IMG/VR virus record: IMGVR_UViG_3300008954_003554
Coordinates: 1-64,000 of that record
Strand: one strand, 5' to 3'
Length of the DNA stretch: 64,000 bases
DNA from: a virus
This document shows positions 58,078 to 64,000 of this stretch, one piece after another. Each line of letters opens with the position of its first letter. The stretch's first letter is position 1. The notes beneath the pieces are model-generated. The model was not told where the DNA came from. It worked only from the letters and a program-made list of their open reading frames with translations, and did no database searches. Both the position numbers and the translations under genes were made by a program.

Positions 58078-58497
58078 CTAGATAAGCTTTTTGTGTAAAT
58101 TTTCATATATCTTTTTTCTGCCCGGTTTTTTTGCATAAAGCTTTATAAGCTCACCCGCCCTGGCATTTGCTTGATCTTCGTGAAAACCTCCGGCATCTCT
58201 AATGTTGCCGTGCAATAAATCTTGTTCATCTTGCATCATGTGCGTCATTTCGTGGGCGATGGATCTCAGGACATCGACTGTGGCACGATTTTTTCCATAG
58301 ATTCTAATTTCACCATCTCCAACCATGTAAGCAGCGGTTGTTGATATTGAGTATGGCTCTCTCTCTGAGACTATATAGACATTACAATTACCGTGAATTG
58401 GGAGTGATTCACAGCAGAATATAATAAAGTCACCTATTAACAGTGCTTTTTCTGGATCTATTTCAAGATCTTGGGAAATAAATAGTTTTCTTTTCAT
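58078..58497 (-). CDS. HExxH zinc metallopeptidase-like protein
   Basis: DVLRSIAHEMTH..Q...EDQANARAG. Confidence 0.7.
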   Translation of the reverse strand: MKRKLFISQDLEIDPEKALLIGDFIIFCCESLPIHGNCNVYIVSEREPYSISTTAAYMVGDGEIRIYGKNRATVDVLRSIAHEMTHMMQDEQDLLHGNIRDAGGFHEDQANARAGELIKLYAKKPGRKKIYENLHKKLI

Positions 58498-58765
58498 ATT
58501 ATTTTTTTCAATATTTGTGTAAACGGTTTTCTTTCCTGTGTACTATTTAATTATACAGGGACAGAGGATTAGGTCAGACCTTTTTCATTTTGAATTTAGG
58601 AGAAATGAGATGAAATTTGTAATTTATAGGTAAACATATTCAAACAGTAATTCAATAGAAAGGTGAAATATCTTTAAGCTTTTCTTTGAAACTTAAAACT
58701 AAACGTATTAGGTGAAAGAGGTGTAGATATTTCCTCCTTTAGTAACCAACACCTTAAAATAAAAA

Positions 58766-59032
58766 ATGACAGATCAAATATTAATAAAGATAAAAATGTT
58801 GGAACAGGGAATATTGCCTGCTAGAACGGGACGGGATTTAGTAAAAATGCTAGAGTCAATCCCAAAAGATGAAAGAAGAGAATTTAAAAGAAAATTTAGA
58901 AAAGCTTGGAGAAAAATTGCCAAAAAAGATCCTGACCTTAAGTTTCCAATGGGACTAGGAAACAAAAAGCCCACCAGAGAGCAAAAGATACAAAGAGTTT
59001 CAAGAGTTTATATGAATGCCGCGAAAAAGTAA
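58766..59032 (+). CDS. Basic hypothetical protein
   Basis: K/R-rich ORF. Confidence 0.5.
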   Translation: MTDQILIKIKMLEQGILPARTGRDLVKMLESIPKDERREFKRKFRKAWRKIAKKDPDLKFPMGLGNKKPTREQKIQRVSRVYMNAAKK

Positions 59033-59285
59033 AAGAAAAAGTAAAATTAAAAAAGAAGAACCCGGGATCATCGAGCACAAGGGTTTTACTGTAGGTCAAA
59101 AAATATGGTCAAAATATCTGACTGGTAAAATTATATCAGGTGTAATTACCAGATTTATTCTTGCAGAGGGTCAAGAAGAGGCAATAGAGATAATTACCGA
59201 AGACATGGGGTATAGAACAGTCAGGCTTTCTGAGTCTAGTGAGAATAGAATTATAAAGAGAAGAAATAAAGGTTTTCAGTTGTAG
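59016..59285 (+). CDS. KOW/SH3-like basic protein
   Basis: FTVGQKIW...GVIT. Confidence 0.5.
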   Translation: MPRKSKRKSKIKKEEPGIIEHKGFTVGQKIWSKYLTGKIISGVITRFILAEGQEEAIEIITEDMGYRTVRLSESSENRIIKRRNKGFQL

Positions 59286-60055
59286 TCTACGCTGTTTCTA
59301 TCAAGAAAATCCCTAATATTTTCTACTCCGACACCCATTCCGACAGCTGGAAATCTTGGATCCGCCATCTGTATCATTCCTATAACTTCAAATCTAGAGT
59401 TGAGAATAAGGCTCCCAGAGCTTCCAAATATTGCAGGAGTGGTGAAGAAGCAAATGCCGCTCAAATCACATCCAGAAAAATTTCCATCGAAGTGGGGGGC
59501 AGCACCTTCTGATCGAATAGAGAGCGGGGCTGATATTGTATAGACGTCGCTTCCTATTTCCGGCATAGAGCTAGCAATTCTAATTTTTCTAAATGCTGGC
59601 ATGTCTGACTTTATTAGACATAGATCATTCTCTTCGTCTATGTCAACAATCTCTGCGGACCAGATTGCTCCATAGAAGTCTGTTACCGTTAGCTCTGTTT
59701 TCATTTGAAACAACATGTTAAGCAAGTATGTATCCGGAGAGTCTGACTCTGGGTTGTCACAAAAATGACCTGCAGTTAAAATAAGGGACTCGCCTGTCTC
59801 TAGTTCAGAAAATATCATCCCGGAGGCAGAGCTACCTTCGACTACTACACTATCACAGTCCCCTGTATCAGATTCACAATCATCATATATGATAGATTTT
59901 GATATATTTAAACTAACAAAATTTTCTGTTGGGAACTTTGTTATTTTCGGGGGCGTCTTGTCTATAACAAATGACACCATCGAAACTATAAGAGATAAAA
60001 ATAAACATAGAATTAAAATTCTTAGAAGTTTTTCTTTTAATCCTATGCTTTCCAC
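59276..60055 (-). CDS. Membrane-anchored trypsin-like serine protease
   Basis: N-terminal TM; ILTAGHFC, NDLCLI, GSSGS triad motifs. Confidence 0.85.
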   Translation of the reverse strand: MESIGLKEKLLRILILCLFLSLIVSMVSFVIDKTPPKITKFPTENFVSLNISKSIIYDDCESDTGDCDSVVVEGSSASGMIFSELETGESLILTAGHFCDNPESDSPDTYLLNMLFQMKTELTVTDFYGAIWSAEIVDIDEENDLCLIKSDMPAFRKIRIASSMPEIGSDVYTISAPLSIRSEGAAPHFDGNFSGCDLSGICFFTTPAIFGSSGSLILNSRFEVIGMIQMADPRFPAVGMGVGVENIRDFLDRNSVDYN

Positions 60056-60137
60056 GATATTTATCTCACTTTTAAAATTTTAAATTCTCTGCCATTCTCT
60101 TTTATAGTTTGTCTATCTCTATTAAATATGTATTATC

Positions 60138-60614
60138 ATGAAATTACGAGACGAAAATTTTCTAAGAGACTATATTAGGAACATTATTAGAGAAAGAAAA
60201 TATGATTCTATTTCTTGCGGAATAGTGGTCGTAAAAAAATTTGGAAACAAATGGAAGCCCCTTGCGCTGATTGTCGGCAGCAAGATAGATATTCCCAAAG
60301 GAAGGGTTGAAGATGGCGAAAATACGCTAGAGACTGCGACTAGGGAGACTTATGAAGAGTCGGGAATTTCTGATCTTAATTTTTCCTGGGGAAGGGATTT
60401 CCTTAGGGTTCAAAACATGGTTGTATATCTTGCATCAACAACGCAGGAACCTAAAATAATTCCAAACCCTGTTACCGGTCGAATGGAACATGATTTTTGG
60501 AAGTGGATGGATTGGGAGGATATGATATCAAGAAGTAGTCCCAAGATAAGGCACTCTCTTAGGTGGGCAAAAAGAAAAATTCAGCAAAATGATTTATTGA
60601 CATCAGTTTTTTAA
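60138..60614 (+). CDS. NUDIX hydrolase with leader-like N-terminus
   Basis: FLRDYIRNIIRE; PKGRVEDGENTLETATRETYEESG Nudix box; EH..W.W. Confidence 0.85.
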   Translation: MKLRDENFLRDYIRNIIRERKYDSISCGIVVVKKFGNKWKPLALIVGSKIDIPKGRVEDGENTLETATRETYEESGISDLNFSWGRDFLRVQNMVVYLASTTQEPKIIPNPVTGRMEHDFWKWMDWEDMISRSSPKIRHSLRWAKRKIQQNDLLTSVF

Positions 60615-60650
60615 TTATAATGTATTGGACAGGTGGAAATAAATATAAAC

Positions 60651-61826
60651 ATGTCGATATTCAAATCAAACCCAAGGCATGCAGATAGATCAGCATCAGA
60701 CAGGTCTCGTCATAAGAAAAAGATAGCGCATGCCATAAGAGAGGGAATTCATCATATTGTATCTGATGAGTCAATTATTGGAAAAGATGGAAAGAAAAAA
60801 ATCAAAATCCCAGTCAGGGGAATTAAAGAATATAGGTTTGTATTTGGGGATAACAACAGAAAAAAAGTAGGTTCGGCACCGGGAAAGGATATCTCAAGGG
60901 GACAGCGGATAGGACAGTCTGATCAGCAGCAGCAAGGGTCAGGAAACAAACCGGGAAATGAAGAGGGTGAGGAGTATTACGAAGTAGAAATAACCCTAGA
61001 AGAGTTAAGTGAATATCTTTTTGATAGCCTTAAGCTTCCCGATATTGAAAAAAAGAAATTCAAAAGCATAGTTGGAGAAAAATATAAAAGATCAGGATAC
61101 AGAAAAAAAGGTATTCGTCCCAGGCTGTCGAAGAAACAAACACTTATTAATAAAATAAAGCGTAGAAAAAAAGCCTATTTTGAAAATAGTGAAGATGAGA
61201 ATGAAAGATTTCCATTCCACAAAGATGATTTAAAATATCATCATATTAAAACTAAACCAAAAGAAGTAACAAGCGCTGTTATATTTTTTATGATGGATGT
61301 TTCTGGATCCATGACGCAGACAAAAAAGTTCATGGCACGATCTTTTTTCTTTCTCTTGTATCATTTCTTGAGAGCAAAATATAATAATGTTGAAATAGTT
61401 TTCATATCTCACACAACAGTTGCCAAAGAAGTTTCTGAAGATGAGTTCTTTACAAGAGGAGCTAGCGGGGGTACCAAAATATCTTCTGCTCTAGAGCTAT
61501 GTCTTGACATTGTCAATAAGCGTTTTCATCCTTCCGCGTGGAATATATACACTTTTCACTGTTCAGACGGAGATAATTGGACCGATGATAATGAAAAGTG
61601 TGTTTCACTTTCTAGAACTATCAAATCACTTTCACAACTTTACTGTTTTGTTGAAATAACACCTGAAATATTTGAAAATGATGGAAATACAACCTTTGGA
61701 TTTTCCCAAGAAAGTAAAATATCCAACTCATACACACCGATGAAAGATTCTAAATTTAAAATAGTAAACCTGTTTCACAGTGATGACATATGGAAAGAAT
61801 TTAAAAGAATATTTGGAGGAAGCTAG
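60651..61826 (+). CDS. yeaH: YeaH/YhbH (DUF444) family protein
   Basis: D..RH..KI, KIPVRGIKEYRF, MMDVSGSM...KK.MAR.FF, GGT.ISS, WNIY.FH.SDGDNW. Confidence 0.9.
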   Translation: MSIFKSNPRHADRSASDRSRHKKKIAHAIREGIHHIVSDESIIGKDGKKKIKIPVRGIKEYRFVFGDNNRKKVGSAPGKDISRGQRIGQSDQQQQGSGNKPGNEEGEEYYEVEITLEELSEYLFDSLKLPDIEKKKFKSIVGEKYKRSGYRKKGIRPRLSKKQTLINKIKRRKKAYFENSEDENERFPFHKDDLKYHHIKTKPKEVTSAVIFFMMDVSGSMTQTKKFMARSFFFLLYHFLRAKYNNVEIVFISHTTVAKEVSEDEFFTRGASGGTKISSALELCLDIVNKRFHPSAWNIYTFHCSDGDNWTDDNEKCVSLSRTIKSLSQLYCFVEITPEIFENDGNTTFGFSQESKISNSYTPMKDSKFKIVNLFHSDDIWKEFKRIFGGS

Positions 61827-63143
61827 ATGTCTGACTGGTCAATGAAAGATTTAGAAACCTGGGATGAGAAGATTATACAGATTGCCAAGGGATATAATTT
61901 AGATTGGTTTCCAATAAACTATGAAATATCCGACTACTATGACATGATTGGTAGCATGGTATATCATGGGATGCCATCACACTACGGTCACTGGTCTTAT
62001 GGAAAATCATTTGAAAGAACTCATTTAAACTATAATTTTGGGATGACTGGGTTGCCATACGAGCTTATAATCAATTCGAATCCATCGATTGCGTATCTTA
62101 TGAAAGAAAATCCTCTATACCTTCAGATATTGATTATGGCTCACTGTATTGGACATTCTGATTTTTTTAAAAATAGTAGAATATTTTCACACACAAGGCC
62201 CGGGGACATTGTTACCAAGCTTAGAAGTGCAAAAAAGAGAATTCAAAAATATTCTGAAGATCCGGGTATTGGAATGGAAAAAGTAGAGAAGACTCTTGAC
62301 TCTCTAAGGTCGATACAGTATCAAACGAGCAGATTTAATCTTCCTCAGCTTTCACATGTAGAGAAAAAAAGAAGAATTGTAGAAAAAATAAATAAAACTA
62401 GTTCAAAAAAAGAAAGTGCAAAACTTAGAGAGAGTCTAGATAGGATTCCAGTTGAGCCAGAAACAGATCTTTTATGGACAATTCTTGAATTTGGAAACCA
62501 CATACCCGAATGGAAAAAAGATATTATAAACATAGTAAGAGAAGAATCTCTCTACTTTATACCCCAGATTAGAACAAAAATTTTAAATGAAGGGTGGGCC
62601 AGTTTTTGGCACTATAGAATATTAAATGATCTAAATCTGCCTCAAAAGTATCATATTCCATTTTTAAGAAGTCACAATCAAGTAATTAGACCCCATTTGG
62701 GTGGAATTAATCCGTATCATTTGGGATTTTATTTATTTGACAAGGTAGAGAAAAGAGACGGAATAGAGGAATGTTTTCTAATTAGAGAAATACATGATGA
62801 TGCCTCTGCAATTAGGTTCCTATTGGAACAAGAAGATTGTGAAAATTTAAACCTATTCTCCTATTCAAAGAAAAAAAAGCTAACTTCAATAGACGATGTC
62901 TCTGATGACGTGGGGTGGAGAAACATTAAGAATGATCTAGTAATGACAACAGGGGTTAACTCTATCCCTGTAATCGGAGTTGATGAAATTTTATCTGATG
63001 GTACTTTAATTTTATTACACGACCATGACGGAAGAGATTTAGAGTTAAATTATGCCGAAGAGGTTGTCGAGCATATTAGATATTTATGGGATAGAGATGT
63101 TAAGCTGTTTACGATTATCGAAGAAGAAACGTGGGAAATCTAA
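61827..63143 (+). CDS. spoVR: SpoVR/YcgB family protein
   Basis: GMP.HY.HWSYGK, YELIINSNP.IAYL, AHC.GHSDFFKN, YF.PQ..TKI.NEGWASFWH, NPYHLG. Confidence 0.92.
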   Translation: MSDWSMKDLETWDEKIIQIAKGYNLDWFPINYEISDYYDMIGSMVYHGMPSHYGHWSYGKSFERTHLNYNFGMTGLPYELIINSNPSIAYLMKENPLYLQILIMAHCIGHSDFFKNSRIFSHTRPGDIVTKLRSAKKRIQKYSEDPGIGMEKVEKTLDSLRSIQYQTSRFNLPQLSHVEKKRRIVEKINKTSSKKESAKLRESLDRIPVEPETDLLWTILEFGNHIPEWKKDIINIVREESLYFIPQIRTKILNEGWASFWHYRILNDLNLPQKYHIPFLRSHNQVIRPHLGGINPYHLGFYLFDKVEKRDGIEECFLIREIHDDASAIRFLLEQEDCENLNLFSYSKKKKLTSIDDVSDDVGWRNIKNDLVMTTGVNSIPVIGVDEILSDGTLILLHDHDGRDLELNYAEEVVEHIRYLWDRDVKLFTIIEEETWEI

Positions 63144-63197
63144 TGCAAAGGGTTTATATTTCCATAATTCAAAGTAAAATCTCATATAGAGGATCAG

Positions 63198-64000
63198 ATG
63201 CCTGATAAGAACAAATTTTTAAAAATCATAGAAGATCAAAGAAAAGGAAAAAAGAAAGAAAAGTTTTCTGGTAATTTCCTAGAGTATCTTAATATTATAA
63301 AGGAAAATCCTGAGACAACTCAGACGGCTCATCAGAGACTCTACAGGAAGATTGAAAGCTTTGGTGTGAGTGAGATAGATCGATCTGACCCTAGATTCCA
63401 GGGGGTTTTTTGCGGAGAAAAAGTTAAAACATATGAATATTTCAAAGATGAATTTTTTGGAATGGAAAATGTAATTTCAAAAATAATGAGATTTCTTAGG
63501 TCTGCTGCACACAGAGGTGAAGAGAGCAGGCAGGTTCTTCTCCTTCTTGGCCCAGTTGGTGCAGGTAAATCAGCGCTGACAGAGCATGTAAAAAAATCGC
63601 TCGAAGGGGAGAGGTTTTATCATTTATCAGGAGATCCCCAGAAAGGGGAGCCCCTCCAGTTGATCCCTAGAAACCTAAGGGAAAAATTTGAAGAAATTCT
63701 AGGTGTAAAAATAGAGGGAGATATCAGTCCCGTTGCCAGATTTAAGCTCCTCGAAGAGTTCAAGGGAAAATATGAGAATTTTCCTGTTGTAGAATCAAGC
63801 TTTTCCCAGAGAGCTCGTAGAGGGATAGCTGTTGTTCCTCCCATGGATCCAAATAGTCAGGACACCAGCGTTCTAATAGGGTCGGAAGATATATCTAAAT
63901 TAGACTTATATCCAGAAGACGATCCCAGAACGCTATCTCTCAATGGAGCTTTTAACGTCGGAAATAGGGGAATCGTAGAGTTTGTTGAAATTTTTAAAAA
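63198..64000 (+). CDS. prkA: PrkA/YeaG AAA-type serine kinase/ATPase (runs off the window)
   Basis: Manual translation MPDKNKFL...AHQRLY...FFGME...LLLGPVGAGKS...EGDISP...DTSVLIG..DISKL...GAFNVGNRGIVEFVEIFK. Confidence 0.9.
   Translation, partial: MPDKNKFLKIIEDQRKGKKKEKFSGNFLEYLNIIKENPETTQTAHQRLYRKIESFGVSEIDRSDPRFQGVFCGEKVKTYEYFKDEFFGMENVISKIMRFLRSAAHRGEESRQVLLLLGPVGAGKSALTEHVKKSLEGERFYHLSGDPQKGEPLQLIPRNLREKFEEILGVKIEGDISPVARFKLLEEFKGKYENFPVVESSFSQRARRGIAVVPPMDPNSQDTSVLIGSEDISKLDLYPEDDPRTLSLNGAFNVGNRGIVEFVEIFK

Larger units (their letters stand above)
4354..60133 (+). promoter_or_regulatory. Dispersed candidate late promoter ATAnnTA(T/A)
   Basis: Found at 4354, 6245, 12717, 13400, 18503, 21356, 25953, 28512, 47451, 48563, 49304, 50480, 52836, 53189, 54709, 60126, each shortly upstream of a transcription unit, mostly MKIT-leader genes. 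Confidence 0.55.

Noticed and set aside
60597-60621. Perfect TTGACA and TATAAT before yeaH
   Set aside because: The spacer is only 13 nt, so it is not a canonical pair; the -10 alone may still be used
1-64000. Stop-codon reassignment as in some jumbo phages
   Set aside because: The standard code gives dense tiling; TAA, TAG and TGA all end conserved genes at expected positions
1-64000. Bacterial chromosome, eukaryotic giant virus, diversity-generating retroelement, retron or integron
   Set aside because: No housekeeping operons; SD and sigma70 signals are bacterial-type; no reverse transcriptase, integrase or attC-like sites seen in the window

Overview
The window is best read as part of a large (jumbo-type) bacteriophage genome. 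It has about 130 tightly packed, mostly + strand, mostly small ORFs with GGAGG Shine-Dalgarno sites, the standard genetic code, one tRNA-Arg(UCU) and no rRNA. No capsid, terminase or polymerase gene lies in the window, so the phage call is inferred from architecture and gene content. A myxobacterial-type DUF507 protein and GC-rich early genes hint at a Myxococcota/deltaproteobacterial host. Three zones are visible. (1) 1-29 kb and 47-60 kb are lower-GC and dominated by about 35 unrelated proteins sharing a leader MKITRRQLRQII(K/R)EE...LxE, preceded by an ATAnnTA(T/A) motif; this is a probable capsid-targeting/prohead-protease tag system under late promoters. (2) About 27-47 kb is a GC-richer early island with 23 near-identical nTGYAN-N17-TATAAT promoters and arrays of small MKVGDLV (KOW/SH3-like) genes joined by a conserved 14-nt overlap. 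It also holds a MoxR AAA/vWA pair, a minimal RadA-like ATPase, the tRNA, and a ~740-nt highly base-paired non-coding region with its own promoter (GOLLD/ROOL-like giant RNA candidate). Palindrome-dense non-coding tracts bracket its core. (3) 60-64 kb carries a YeaH-SpoVR-PrkA module. Auxiliary genes include Hsp20, a MazG-like enzyme, a QueF homolog lacking its catalytic Cys, cell-wall enzymes, a thioesterase, a 5'-3' exonuclease, a NUDIX hydrolase and proteases. All family calls come from motif recognition by eye; no database searches were run.
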